A stretch of DNA of 64,000 bases from a bacterium (GCA_963617535.1 CAVEPD010000004.1:665-64664), one strand, 5' to 3'. Positions 36,881-47,076 are shown, numbered from the stretch's first letter. The notes: generated by a model from the letters alone, not told the origin. Program-made: numbers and translations.

Positions 36881-38197
36881 TTAAAGGAACATAATCATAT
36901 AGATGGGCAAAATGATTAACCCATTTTTGTTTTCGTTCTTGTTTTGGTTGCCAAACACGAATCCCTGCGGAAGCTTATAATTTCCTGTTGGATCTACAAG
37001 TTTGGGGATAGCCCTGAAATTGTTTTGGTCTTTTCCTGACTTGATTTCGATTGGCAAAACCGCCAAGCCATTATAATCGTTGATTAAAAAATCCACCTCC
37101 CCCGTCTTTTTGTTATCAAAATAGTATAAATGGTGCCCATGCGCGGTTAATTCCATAGCGCACACAGTCTCATAGGCTGAACCCAAATTAACCCCAGAAT
37201 CAGCGCCAAGAACCGCCCGAATGTTGGTTTGGTAAAGCAAATTGGTAAGCAAGCCGACATCGTTGTAATAGAGTTTGATCAGGTTCTTTGAAATGGATTC
37301 GTTCAAGGGAAATCTAGGATTGCTAATAGCTCTAGTGGCATTGACCACGCCCGAGGCAATTAGATAGTCAAACTCATCATCATAATCTTCCTTGATGGAA
37401 TATTTTTTATCCTCAATGCTTTTAAATTGGACTCTCTTCACCTTATTTTGCATGTTGGAAATAAGCATGTCGTAAATCCGAGATATTTTTAATTGGTGCT
37501 CAAGATCATATTTTGCGCAGTCATCTTTGTAATATTCATAAGTAAGGCTTTGAACTTCCCTTGTTTTAAAAACGTTGCGATTCACAACGTATTCAGAAAC
37601 GGCGTCAGGAAGCCCCCCTGAAATAAGGTAATCTTTAACGAGGGAAAGCATCGTTTTATGAATCGAGGGCTCGACCAATTCCTTTTTATCAAAGCATTCC
37701 TCCAAATAGCTGATAACCGATTTTCCAACGTTATTGGCCCACAAAAATTCCTCAAAATCCATTGGAAACATTTTCACCTCATCAATGGAGCCCATCGGGA
37801 TGAAAATATGCTTCAAGGTGACGCCAAGCAAAGAGCCGCTGGCGATGTATCGATACTTGTTTTCTTGTTTAAGAGCTTTCAGCAAAGTAATGAGATGCGG
37901 ATAATAAGAAATTTCGTCCAAAAAAATAATGGTGTCATCAATATTGTTTAATTTATCGCCAAAAAGCGAACTGACCTGTAAATAAAAGTTTTTGGTGCTT
38001 CTAACGTCGGCGAAGAGCTTGTCGTTTTCGGCATCATACTTGAGGTTGATTTCAATATAATTTTTGAATCGTTTTGAAGCCGTTTCCCTTATGATGAAAC
38101 TTTTCCCAATTTGCCTGGCACCATCGATGATCAAAACTCTCGCCTCGGGATCGTCATAATATTCATTTAATCTCTTTTCTATTTTTCTTCTAAACAT
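36881..38197 (-). CDS. AAA_14 / DUF4143-type ATP-binding protein
   Basis: VLIIDGARQIGKSFIIRE P-loop, IIFLDEISY Walker B, and a C-terminal nuclease-fold-like tail (GEVDFLI...PIEIKSG). Confidence 0.7.
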   Translation of the reverse strand: MFRRKIEKRLNEYYDDPEARVLIIDGARQIGKSFIIRETASKRFKNYIEINLKYDAENDKLFADVRSTKNFYLQVSSLFGDKLNNIDDTIIFLDEISYYPHLITLLKALKQENKYRYIASGSLLGVTLKHIFIPMGSIDEVKMFPMDFEEFLWANNVGKSVISYLEECFDKKELVEPSIHKTMLSLVKDYLISGGLPDAVSEYVVNRNVFKTREVQSLTYEYYKDDCAKYDLEHQLKISRIYDMLISNMQNKVKRVQFKSIEDKKYSIKEDYDDEFDYLIASGVVNATRAISNPRFPLNESISKNLIKLYYNDVGLLTNLLYQTNIRAVLGADSGVNLGSAYETVCAMELTAHGHHLYYFDNKKTGEVDFLINDYNGLAVLPIEIKSGKDQNNFRAIPKLVDPTGNYKLPQGFVFGNQNKNENKNGLIILPIYMIMFL

Positions 38198-38478
38198 AAA
38201 AAATGCCTCAATTCATTTTTCTAGTAAAATTTTAAAGCCGAATGGCAACTTTTCCAATATTTTAAATAATGGTTTTAAGCACTTTTCCAAACTTTCGTTT
38301 TATTCCGAACCTTTTTGCCATTGAAAAGTCCAACTGTCGAGGCTTTGTAGCCACCGTCGAACGAATAGCGCATAGTCCAAAATGTTAAAGCGGGCTAAAA
38401 ACCATATCCTTTAATGCACCCTAAGATTAGTAAAAGAAACCGCGCGCTCAAACAATTCCCCAATTGTTTTAAGATCCA

Positions 38479-39548
38479 TTAAAAGCTCAAATTTTCGCAA
38501 CGCCGCGATTGCTCTTCTAGAAGTTCGTCGGTTTTTATTACATAGGCGTAAGCGCCAATGGAACGTTTTCTCAAATAGCGAAGTGACGATAGCCTTCCCG
38601 AGTGAATGTCTCTATTCACAAAGGCCGTCGAATCAATCACGCGCTTAAACTCTTTCCTCAAAATTAAGCAAAGGGCCGCATACATCAATTTTGGAGCTTG
38701 TGAAGAGGCAATTTCTGCGGAGTAATTTTCAAAGAGAATGTGACTGCTGAGTTCGCGTATCCCTTCAACGTATAACGGGTATTCATCTTTCCCAACGCTT
38801 CCACGAGAGGCGATGCATAATGACGTATTGAAGATATCGAGCAAACAATCATCGCGACCAATATTGCTATCCCTATAGGCTATTTCGGTTTTCACGATTT
38901 TGTCATAAACCGAAGATACGATATTGAAATCATCAAACGCGTCAAGAAGCGAATATACGTCATAAAATTGCTTCATGACTTCCAAATCTTTCCCTACGTT
39001 CAAAGGTATTCCAGTTGTATGAGGCGCGAACGCTGTTAATTTGTCACCAAGGATGCAATCCGCCGTTGGCATTTGAACAAAAATGGGGTCGCCTCTCGTG
39101 ATCAAAAGATCATTTTCAATCGGCTTGGAAATCAACTTGTCATAATGATTCTCTTCAAAAAGCACGTCCAACAAAATTCTTAAAGGCCTTTTGAAAGTAG
39201 GAGAAAAATATTCGAATTTAAAATGTCTCTTGTTGATGCTCCCCTTCTTAGCCCTTGTTTGTTCCGAATACGATAAGAAGGGGAATTGGCTTGCCGCAGA
39301 AGCCAAATAGGAATCCAGTTCCGTGTTCGGTTTAACAATGATGTCTATGTCAGTCGACAAGCGCCTTGGCTTTTTAAAAAGAGCATCAAGCAAGTGCCGC
39401 CTTTGAAGATGAAAGGCAGCCCAGCTTTCGAGATTGCTTCAAGCAAGCCAAAAGCATGGATGCTCCGCTCAAAAAGAGCGGGGTCGCGACGAAACCTCAT
39501 TTGCAAATCTCGGATATGCTCTTCGGTAAAATTATCTGGCGATAGCAT
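38479..39548 (-). pseudogene. AbiEii/AbiGii-family nucleotidyltransferase toxin, frameshifted
   Basis: The 67-aa ORF ends ...FIFKGGTCLMLFLKSQ*. The 304-aa ORF continues in another frame with ...LFKKPRRLSTDIDIIV. The frame break sits on the T5A5 tract at 39371-39380. A 1-nt change there would restore KGGT...R.S.DID, the family signature. Confidence 0.65.
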
Positions 39549-40286
39549 TTACTTTACCGTCCTTAAATTAATCTCCGTGTCTTCTTCGATCATTTTTACA
39601 ATTTTGTCATAGACAGCACGGCGCTTGGCATAACGAAGCAAAGAACTTTCATCGACGGGGCAAGAAAAAAAGGCATTATCATAAATCTCAGGATATTCGC
39701 TTTGGCTTATCGATTTAGATAAAAGAGGATCGGCAACAAGGTCAACCAATAGTTTCTCTAAGCGGGTATGCCAGTGAGCGCCCCGGACGCGAGGCGATTC
39801 TGTGACGAGTTTGTTTACAACGATGACATCATCACATTTGTATTTGTCGTAGGTTTCTAAGTTTGGGTGGCAAAGAACGCGGCCAAAATAGCGACTTTTC
39901 AATGCCTCAAAAACAAAATCCTCCGAATCGCCGTCCACAGATAAGAAAATGGTGTTATGCCCGATTAAGTGATTAGCGAATTCATTAAGCTGAATCAGTT
40001 CGGCAATCGAAAAGTCAATTAGCGGATATTGATCAATAAGATAAGAAGCCAACTCCTTAGCGAAGTCAGAATACTCAAATTTATAGGGGCGAACCGCTTT
40101 TTTAGGCAAGGAATAAACGCCTCTAGCCACGCGTACGATTTCTCCATTTTCCTGCAAGGAGGCGAACTTTTTTTCAAAGGAAGCATCACTTAAAGAAAAG
40201 CCGCCATTTCTAAAGGATTTTAAAGCTTCAATTTTCGAGAACGTCTCCTTACTTTGGAGATCTTTAACATAAGAAGTTTCAATCAT
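39549..40286 (-). CDS. AbiEi-family (type IV TA) antitoxin / transcriptional regulator
   Basis: Lies directly upstream of, and abutting, the AbiEii gene. The N-terminus has the typical GEIVRVARGVYSL wHTH phrase. Confidence 0.55.
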   Translation of the reverse strand: MIETSYVKDLQSKETFSKIEALKSFRNGGFSLSDASFEKKFASLQENGEIVRVARGVYSLPKKAVRPYKFEYSDFAKELASYLIDQYPLIDFSIAELIQLNEFANHLIGHNTIFLSVDGDSEDFVFEALKSRYFGRVLCHPNLETYDKYKCDDVIVVNKLVTESPRVRGAHWHTRLEKLLVDLVADPLLSKSISQSEYPEIYDNAFFSCPVDESSLLRYAKRRAVYDKIVKMIEEDTEINLRTVK

Positions 40287-40304
40287 TGGATAGCCTCCTA
40301 AATT

Positions 40305-40343
40305 ATATTTTCGGCAATAAATGCCGTTTGTTGCCGAAAATAT
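40305..40343. promoter_or_regulatory. 13-bp perfect inverted repeat upstream of abiEi (candidate autoregulatory operator)
   Basis: ATATTTTCGGCAA (40305-40317), a 13-nt spacer, then TTGCCGAAAATAT (40331-40343). It lies 19 nt upstream of the AbiEi start codon. Confidence 0.55.
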
Positions 40344-40401
40344 AAAGCCTGACTAAGCATGGCTCGCATTCGAGGCAAAACAAACGCGTCATCCTTAAGA
40401 C

Positions 40402-40449
40402 ATAAAAAAACCTTGCATGTCTCGCTAAAGAATCGGGTTTTGCAAGGTT
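40402..40449 (-). terminator. Intrinsic terminator after the guaB-flavoprotein operon
   Basis: Minus strand: AACCUUGCA...UGCAAGGUU followed by U7. Confidence 0.7.
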
Positions 40450-40476
40450 TTTGATTATTTGATTCAATAGATAGGA

Positions 40477-41112
40477 TTACTTCCCGTCCATGAAATTCGT
40501 CATTTGATGTTTTTCTTCTCGGCTTGGGAAGGCAATGCCATTTGCTTCGCCTAGATCTTGGAGTTTCATCACATAGGCGATGTTGTCCGCTAAGCGTCTC
40601 ATCGTCTGAAGACCTTCGAGATCTTTGTCCGCGTCTTCGTAGGTGAAGCCATGAATCATGTTCCAGTATTGGGAACCGGGGACGATGATGTCATTAATAA
40701 GATAATATTGGTTCAGTCTTTCGAAGGTCGCGGAGTTGCCGCCTCTTCTGCAAGAGACGACCGAGGCTCCGACTAAACCCCTCATATGACGCCCATGGCT
40801 ATAGAACAAGCGATCAAGGAAAGAGGTGATCCTGCCCGTTGCCCCAGAGTAATAAACAGGGCTTCCGGCAACGATTCCCCCATACACCTCCCCCATCTTT
40901 TCGCCAATTTCATTAACGAGGTCATTCATCACGCACTTATGATTTTTGTAGCAGAACCCGCAGGCCATGCAATCGGGCATTGGCTTATTGCCAAGGAAAA
41001 CGATATCTGATTCGATCCCGTTAACCTTAAGTTGGTTCTGAACTTCTAAAAGAGCGCGGTAAGTGCAGCCATGTTCATGGCTTGAACCGTTAATCAGGAC
41101 AACTTTCTTCAT
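40477..41112 (-). CDS. Flavodoxin-like fold NAD(P)H-dependent FMN reductase / iron-sulfur flavoprotein family
   Basis: MKKVVLINGSSHEHGCTY N-terminus and a Cys cluster (CMACGFC..C). Confidence 0.6.
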   Translation of the reverse strand: MKKVVLINGSSHEHGCTYRALLEVQNQLKVNGIESDIVFLGNKPMPDCMACGFCYKNHKCVMNDLVNEIGEKMGEVYGGIVAGSPVYYSGATGRITSFLDRLFYSHGRHMRGLVGASVVSCRRGGNSATFERLNQYYLINDIIVPGSQYWNMIHGFTYEDADKDLEGLQTMRRLADNIAYVMKLQDLGEANGIAFPSREEKHQMTNFMDGK

Positions 41113-41114
41113 TG

Positions 41115-42248
41115 TTAGCACCCGTGGGTGTAGTTCGGAGCGGCAACGGCGATGCTGACGTCGTGAGGATGGGATTCCTTAAGGCCAGCATTGGTGATTT
41201 GGACGAAATGAGCATTCTCACGAAGCTTCATGAGGTCTTTCGCTCCACAATAGCCCATGCCACTTCTTAATCCACCACAAAGCTGGTAGATAGTGGAAGC
41301 AACGGTGCCAGAGCAAGCGACTCTTGCCTCAACGCCTTCGGGAACAAGTTTTTCAACCGAGGTCGTAGACTTTTGGAAATAACGATCGGCGGAACCGCGC
41401 TTCATCGCGGCGAGGGATCCCATACCAACATAGGACTTAACCTTCTTGCCATTGATTTCAATCACTTCGCCAGGGGCTTCCTCGCATCCTGCGAGCAAGG
41501 AGCCGAGCATGACGGTATCCGCGCCAAGAGCTAAAGCTTTCACGATGTCGCCAGAATATTTAAGGCCACCATCCGCGATGACGCAGACGCCCTTGTCTTT
41601 GCAATAAGTAGCAACTTCATCCACTGCGCTCGCCTGAGGCATGCCAACGCCAGAAACGACGCGGGTAGTGCAAATCGAGCCAGGGCCGATACCAACTTTG
41701 ACGGTGTTGGCACCCGCCTTGATCAAATCTTCGGCGGCTTCTTTAGTAACGATATTGCCGGCAACAATCTGAAGTTCAGGGTAAGTATCGCGAAGTTGTT
41801 TCACAACGCGAAGGATATTCGCCGAATGGCCATGGGCCGAATCGACCGTGATGACATCCGCGCCTTCTTTTAGAAGAGCAGCGACTCTTTCCATCGTGTT
41901 GGCGCCAACACCAACCGCCGCGCCGCAAAGAAGACGGCCTTTATCATCAGTGACGGCATTCGGATCGTCGCCAACTTCAGCGGCTTTGACTAAGGCAACT
42001 TCCTTGGCCTGGGCTTCGATGGACATATTCTTGTGGATCATGCCGATGCCGCCAACGCGAGCAAGAGCAATCGCAAGAGAATGCTCGGTGACAGTATCCA
42101 TGGCCGCGCTGACGACGGGGATATTAAGATGAATCTTTTTAGTGAGCCACGCCCCAAGTTGAACCTCAGCAGGAACAACTTCGGATTTCTGCGGAATCAA
42201 AAGCAAATCGTCATACGTAAGGCCTAAACGGATGTTGTCGAGTTTCAT
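41115..42248 (-). CDS. guaB: IMP dehydrogenase lacking the CBS (Bateman) subdomain
   Basis: [33 protein letters not shown] and ESHPHDV..AAPNY are all IMPDH-type. Only ~12 residues ([12 protein letters not shown]) occupy the position where I would expect the ~120 aa CBS pair. Total length 377 aa. Confidence 0.85.
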   Translation of the reverse strand: MKLDNIRLGLTYDDLLLIPQKSEVVPAEVQLGAWLTKKIHLNIPVVSAAMDTVTEHSLAIALARVGGIGMIHKNMSIEAQAKEVALVKAAEVGDDPNAVTDDKGRLLCGAAVGVGANTMERVAALLKEGADVITVDSAHGHSANILRVVKQLRDTYPELQIVAGNIVTKEAAEDLIKAGANTVKVGIGPGSICTTRVVSGVGMPQASAVDEVATYCKDKGVCVIADGGLKYSGDIVKALALGADTVMLGSLLAGCEEAPGEVIEINGKKVKSYVGMGSLAAMKRGSADRYFQKSTTSVEKLVPEGVEARVACSGTVASTIYQLCGGLRSGMGYCGAKDLMKLRENAHFVQITNAGLKESHPHDVSIAVAAPNYTHGC

Positions 42249-42420
42249 AATTTCTCCTTTGGGACGAGCCCCTTTTTAATTCCTTATAGAATATACACAT
42301 TTCTCTTAAAGTTGAAATCATAGCGCTTTCTTTTAAGAACCTTCTTTTTGCAATTGCCCTCGCCTTTCCTAGTTGGTACGATAGGCAAATATAGTTCCGA
42401 TTATCGGAGGAGAACCACCC

Positions 42421-42999
42421 ATGAAAGAATTGGTGATGTCGCAAGAAGAAATCCAAGCCACCTGCGCTCGTTTGGGCAATCAGTTGACCCAAGAGTTAGC
42501 TCATGAAGAGAAAATCCCTCTCTTTGTCGGCGTCATGAAAGGGGCGCTTAACTTCTTTTATTCCCTTATCCCTAACGTCAAAAGGAAGATCAACATCGAC
42601 TTCGTAGAAACTTCTTCCTACGAGGGCACCCAGTCCACGGGCACCGTCCATCTAGTGAAGGACCTCACCTTCTCGCCAAACGGCAGAACGCTCGTCATCG
42701 TGGAAGACGTCATCGACACGGGCCTCTCCATGAAATTCCTCATCCAATATCTGAACACCCATTACAAGCCCAAGCGCATCATCGTCTGCGCCCTCTTCGA
42801 TAAGCAGGCGATGAGAAAAGAGAACGTCACCGTTGATTACGCGGGCAAGGTTCTCATGGAAAATAAGTTCCTCATTGGCTTCGGGCTCGACTATCGCGAG
42901 CTCGATCGTCAGCTTCCTTATGTCTATGTCCCAGAAGAGAAAGACATCCAGGAAATGGACGCCGCCATCGATAGAGACAGCGCTGTCGGTTTGATGTAA
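42421..42999 (+). CDS. hpt: Hypoxanthine(-guanine) phosphoribosyltransferase
   Basis: LVIVEDVIDTGLSM PRPP motif and FLIGFGLDY. Confidence 0.9.
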   Translation: MKELVMSQEEIQATCARLGNQLTQELAHEEKIPLFVGVMKGALNFFYSLIPNVKRKINIDFVETSSYEGTQSTGTVHLVKDLTFSPNGRTLVIVEDVIDTGLSMKFLIQYLNTHYKPKRIIVCALFDKQAMRKENVTVDYAGKVLMENKFLIGFGLDYRELDRQLPYVYVPEEKDIQEMDAAIDRDSAVGLM

Positions 43000-43056
43000 A
43001 ACCCTGCAAAACACAAAAACAACCCCGTTTTGCGGGGTTGTTTTCATTTGTAGTTA

Positions 43057-43704
43057 TTAGTTTTGAGTTCCGAAGATGCGGTCACCAGCATCGCCTAACC
43101 CAGGGCAAATATAGGCGTTCTCGTTGAGTTCACGGTCAAGCGAACCAACATAGAGAGGGACATCGGGATTGGCTTCGCAGAAGGCTTTGACCCCTTCCGG
43201 AGCGGCAATGATGCAAACGAAGTGGAGGTGTTTAGCCCCGTGCTTGCGGAGCATCTTGATCGCATCGATTCCAGAGCCACCGGTGGCTAGCATCGGATCG
43301 AGGAGATAGATCTCCATGTCTTCAAGCCCCTTAGGGAGTTTGCAGTAGTATTCGTGAGGCTCATGGGTAACTTCATCACGGTATAAACCGATATGGCCAA
43401 CATGCGCGGTCGGGATAAGCTCGGTGAAGCCATCGACCATGCCCATGCCCGCGCGGAGAATAGGGACGAAGCAGAGCTTATGGCCCTCGACCATCGGCTG
43501 GACGGTCTTTTCAATCGGGGTTTCGATTTCAGTAGGAATCGTGGGCAGATCTTTGAGGGCTTCGTATGCCTCCATCATCGCGATTTCTTTCACCACGGGG
43601 CGGAATTCACTCGTCGGAGTGTTCTTGTTCCTGAGGATGGAGATTTTGTGCTTAAGCAAAGGATGCTCTAGCAAAACAACGTTCTTGTAGGCGGCTATAT
43701 CCAT
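43057..43704 (-). CDS. upp: Uracil phosphoribosyltransferase (copy 1)
   Basis: HPLLKHKISILR, VPILRAGMGMVDG, LLDPMLATGGS, PGLGDAGDRIFGT. Confidence 0.92.
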   Translation of the reverse strand: MDIAAYKNVVLLEHPLLKHKISILRNKNTPTSEFRPVVKEIAMMEAYEALKDLPTIPTEIETPIEKTVQPMVEGHKLCFVPILRAGMGMVDGFTELIPTAHVGHIGLYRDEVTHEPHEYYCKLPKGLEDMEIYLLDPMLATGGSGIDAIKMLRKHGAKHLHFVCIIAAPEGVKAFCEANPDVPLYVGSLDRELNENAYICPGLGDAGDRIFGTQN

Positions 43705-43841
43705 GAATGGGTACCTTCTTTCTAGCCGATTATTCTAACATAGGACGCAGACCTAAATAGGGGGCAAAACAAATGTTTAACGATAAACCGCTTTCATGTT
43801 TGAAAAGCATTTTCTTTATATATAGTTACTTAACGTCGATA

Positions 43842-43909
43842 GGTCGTATATGTCGGAGATAAGGTCCGGCAGTCTCTACGCCTGATCCATGAAGTCAGGC
43901 ACTACGAGC
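43842..43909 (+). promoter_or_regulatory. Purine riboswitch aptamer, guanine-type (C at the specificity position)
   Basis: P1 (GUCGUA / UACGAG); P2 UGUCGGA-GAUAAGG-UCCGGCA; J2/3 GUCUCUAC; P3 GCCUGA-UCCAUGAAG-UCAGGC; J3/1 AC. It matches my recollection of the xpt G-box (GAUAUGG L2, GUUUCUAC J2/3, CC in L3, A73-C74). Confidence 0.8.
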
Positions 43910-44050
43910 TAAAGAAAGGGAACAAAGAAGAAAACAACTGCCAAAGAACTGCTCTCCTTTTGCACTTTTCTTCCTTGTTCGTACCTCAAGCTCTCGACGT
44001 CCCTACCTCCTAAAGACAAGTCTTACTTATTTATATAGGAGGAAAAGACT

Positions 44051-45601
44051 ATGGCTGAAGCAACAACTGTCGAATCTTCACCAGAGAGCAATCAACCCAA
44101 CGGCTGGTCACCGAAAACCAAATTTGGAAATTGGCTCAACAACTATTTCCAAATCAGCAACCGTGGGAGCAGCATCTTAAAGGAACTCATTGGCGGACTC
44201 GTCATCTTCCTCGCGATGTTCTACATCTTGCCGCTAAACGCGAGCATGCTTAGCTCCGACTGGGCTGGCACAGCCGCGATTATTGGCAACGCCAATACCA
44301 AAATTATTGGCGACGTAACTTATATCCTTATTTATGGGGATACATGGGCATCCGTCAGTGACGTCCACGCCGCTGTCTTCGCCGCTACCGCCATCTCGGC
44401 CGCCGCTACGACAATCTTCATGGGATTCTACGGCAAACTTCCCGTCGGGCTTGCCTCCGGTCTTGGTCTTAACTCCTTGATCGCTTACAACGTCATGCTC
44501 GGCCTTGGCTATAACTTCGCGCAATCCATGTGCCTTGTTATGGTTGATGGCATTCTCTTCTTGATCATCTCGATCACTCCTCTCCGTGGCTGGATCGTCC
44601 GCCACATTCCGAAGTCCCTTAAGTTCGCGATTTCCGCGGGCATTGGCTTCTTCATCTGCTTCATCGGTTTCCAAAATATGGGTATCATCGCCGATGGCGC
44701 AACCCTCGTTACCCTCGGCAGCTTCCAAGAACCGACTGTCATCATGGGCCTTGTCGGCGTGATTATCGTCATTGCCCTTTCCGCTTTGCCCCAGAAAAAC
44801 AAAGTCTGCTTCTGGATTAACAAATTCGCCGTCATTATCGCTATCGTCCTCATGGCCATCATCTGTGGCTCCATGGGCAGCGCCGGCGTGAGTGGTTTCG
44901 CTCCTTTCTACGATAGCAACTACAGCATCGCCTCTATCGGCAACATCGGCAAAATCTTCGGCTCCTGCTTCATGGGCTTCGATGTCTTCGCTCAGCCGAT
45001 GGCTTATGCCCTCACCTTCTCGCTCCTCTTCGTTGACTTCTTCGATACCACCGGTACCTTGGTCGGCGTTGAGGCTGGCGCTGGCATGGTTGACGAGAAT
45101 GGCAACATCACCGTTAACGATCGCCCGGCGATGATCGTCGATGCCGTTGGCACCGTCTTCGGATCCATCTGCGGCACCACCACCGTCACTTCCTTCGTCG
45201 AATCCACCACTGGCGTCGCCGCCGGTGCCCGCACCGGTCTTGCCGCCGTCGTCACTGGCTTGCTCTTCGGTTTGAGCCTTCTCATCTATCCCGCTTTGAG
45301 CGCCTTCTCCACGAGCGCCGTCACCGGTCTTGCTCTTGTCTACGTCGGCATCTGCATGTTCAAGAACCTTGAGCACCTTGAATGGAAAGACTGGATCGCC
45401 GTTGGTTCTGGCTTCATCACCGTCATCGTCATGTGCGTCGCCTACTCCATCTCCGATGGTATTGCTTGGGGCTTCATCACCTACACGATCATGACTCTTG
45501 TCGCTGGACGCTTCAAGAAGAGCGACATCGCCGTCGCCGCTTGCTCCGCCGCCTTCCTTGCTATTTACATCGTTAAATACGCAACCGGCATCGCTAGCTG
45601 A
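44051..45601 (+). CDS. pbuG: NCS2-family (AzgA/PbuG-like) guanine/hypoxanthine permease
   Basis: 516 aa polytopic protein with an N-terminus typical of the family (YFQISNRGSSILKELIGGLVIFLAMFYI). A guanine riboswitch lies upstream. Confidence 0.8.
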   Translation: MAEATTVESSPESNQPNGWSPKTKFGNWLNNYFQISNRGSSILKELIGGLVIFLAMFYILPLNASMLSSDWAGTAAIIGNANTKIIGDVTYILIYGDTWASVSDVHAAVFAATAISAAATTIFMGFYGKLPVGLASGLGLNSLIAYNVMLGLGYNFAQSMCLVMVDGILFLIISITPLRGWIVRHIPKSLKFAISAGIGFFICFIGFQNMGIIADGATLVTLGSFQEPTVIMGLVGVIIVIALSALPQKNKVCFWINKFAVIIAIVLMAIICGSMGSAGVSGFAPFYDSNYSIASIGNIGKIFGSCFMGFDVFAQPMAYALTFSLLFVDFFDTTGTLVGVEAGAGMVDENGNITVNDRPAMIVDAVGTVFGSICGTTTVTSFVESTTGVAAGARTGLAAVVTGLLFGLSLLIYPALSAFSTSAVTGLALVYVGICMFKNLEHLEWKDWIAVGSGFITVIVMCVAYSISDGIAWGFITYTIMTLVAGRFKKSDIAVAACSAAFLAIYIVKYATGIAS

Positions 45602-45621
45602 TTCTTCTTACAAATTCTTTT

Positions 45622-45660
45622 AAACGGGGGCAGCATTCTCGCTGCTCCCGTTTATAATTT
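45622..45660 (+). terminator. Intrinsic terminator after the purine permease gene
   Basis: AAACGGGGGCAGC-attctc-GCTGCTCCCGTTT followed by an A/T-rich tail. Confidence 0.7.
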
Positions 45661-45684
45661 CTCGGAAAGGATTCCCACTTCATC

Positions 45685-46206
45685 ATGGACTTAGAAAAAT
45701 ACATCGGAGTCACCCCAGACTTCCCCAAAAAAGGCATCTCATTCAAGGACGTCTCTCCCCTTTTGCGCGATCCCGCGGCTTTTAAAGAAGCCGTCGACAG
45801 GCTTGCCAAAATGGCGGAGAAATATCATCCAGACGTCATCATCGGGCCCGAATCCAGAGGTTTCACCTTTGGCTGCGCGCTTGCCTATAAAATGGGCATC
45901 GGCTTCGTCATGGCTAGAAAAGCCGGCAAGCTCCCTGGCGTGACCATGAAAGTCTCCTACCAGCTTGAGTATGGCACCGCGACGATGGAGATCCCGGCCT
46001 CTTCCTTCAAAGAAGGCGACAGGGTCCTCATGATCGATGACCTTATGGCGACGGGCGGCACTTTCGCTGCTTTAAAAGAGCTCATCACCCTTGCCGGTGG
46101 CACTCCTGTGGCGTGCCTGACCGTCATCAACCTTGAGGAGCTCCACGGGGAAAAAGCCGTTGGGCTTCCCTGTGAGTCGCTGATGAACCTCTCCGATTCC
46201 CATTGA
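45685..46206 (+). CDS. apt: Adenine phosphoribosyltransferase
   Basis: DFPKKGISFKDVSPLL and VLMIDDLMATGGT. Confidence 0.92.
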   Translation: MDLEKYIGVTPDFPKKGISFKDVSPLLRDPAAFKEAVDRLAKMAEKYHPDVIIGPESRGFTFGCALAYKMGIGFVMARKAGKLPGVTMKVSYQLEYGTATMEIPASSFKEGDRVLMIDDLMATGGTFAALKELITLAGGTPVACLTVINLEELHGEKAVGLPCESLMNLSDSH

Positions 46207-46299
46207 GAAATTCTTGATGCATCTGGCCTAGGCAACTAGGCCTTTTTCTTTTGGATTTCCTCTTCAAACGGCTTAGACTAAAGCCAAGAGGAAACATCC

Positions 46300-46827
46300 A
46301 TGGACAGCAACGAATTACTAGAGCTTATCAAAAAACGTCATTCCTGCCGCAGCTACAGCGACAAGAAAGTCGAGGAAGAGAAAATCGATCAGATCATTCA
46401 AGCGGGCATCGATGCCCCCACGGGGATGAACAAGCAGGAGACCATCTTCCTGGCGATTACCGATGAAAAGGTAATCGCAGATCTCTCTAGGCTCAATGCC
46501 TCCATCATGGGCAGGCAAGGCGATCCTTTCTATGGAGCCAAATGTGTCATCGTGGTTTTGGCCAAGAAGCAAGCGAGGACCTATGTCTACGACGGGGCCA
46601 TCGCTTCCGCCTATATGCTCCTAGAAGCCGAAGCCCTTGGGCTAGGGGCCTGCTGGATTCACCGCGCGAAAGAAAGTTTCAGTACCTTAGAAGGCAAGGC
46701 GATCCTTAAAAGAGCGGGCATTAATGAGGAAGTCGAGGGCATCTCGAACATCATCCTAGGATATGAGGTGGAAAGCGACGCGAAACCTCATTCAAAGACT
46801 TCAGAAGGCAGGATCTTCAAAATCTAA
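46300..46827 (+). CDS. Nitroreductase-family protein
   Basis: LIKKRHSCRSY N-terminal motif. 175 aa. Confidence 0.8.
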   Translation: MDSNELLELIKKRHSCRSYSDKKVEEEKIDQIIQAGIDAPTGMNKQETIFLAITDEKVIADLSRLNASIMGRQGDPFYGAKCVIVVLAKKQARTYVYDGAIASAYMLLEAEALGLGACWIHRAKESFSTLEGKAILKRAGINEEVEGISNIILGYEVESDAKPHSKTSEGRIFKI

Positions 46828-47076
46828 GCAATCTTCAAATCTACGTGAAAAGAACCTTTCTTTGGTTCTTTTTTTATTAGCGAGACGAAAGCAAACAAAC
46901 ATTGAATTTTAAAGTATCATTTTTGCTCGGTTTAAAGTATCAAATTTCAAAAATTCCCTATTTTTAAGCCTTAAAGCAAATACGTTGAGGCCAGTGGAAA
47001 GGGCAAAGAAATAAGCGCCTCTACTTATCTAGAGGCGTACAATACGCGCCGAGGAGAAATAAACTCAAAAAGAACA

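Noticed and set aside
42249-42420. Purine riboswitch upstream of guaB or hpt
   Set aside because: Neither strand shows the G-box cores (GAUAUGG-type L2, GUUUCUAC J2/3). Only RBS and promoter-like sequence is present.
44234-45376. 380-aa antisense ORF opposite the purine permease. Similar ones lie opposite pyrP (48218..49312) and pflB (52688..54658).
   Set aside because: They have low-complexity D/E/G/A/R composition and no start context. They lie opposite GC-rich genes that are recognised with high confidence.
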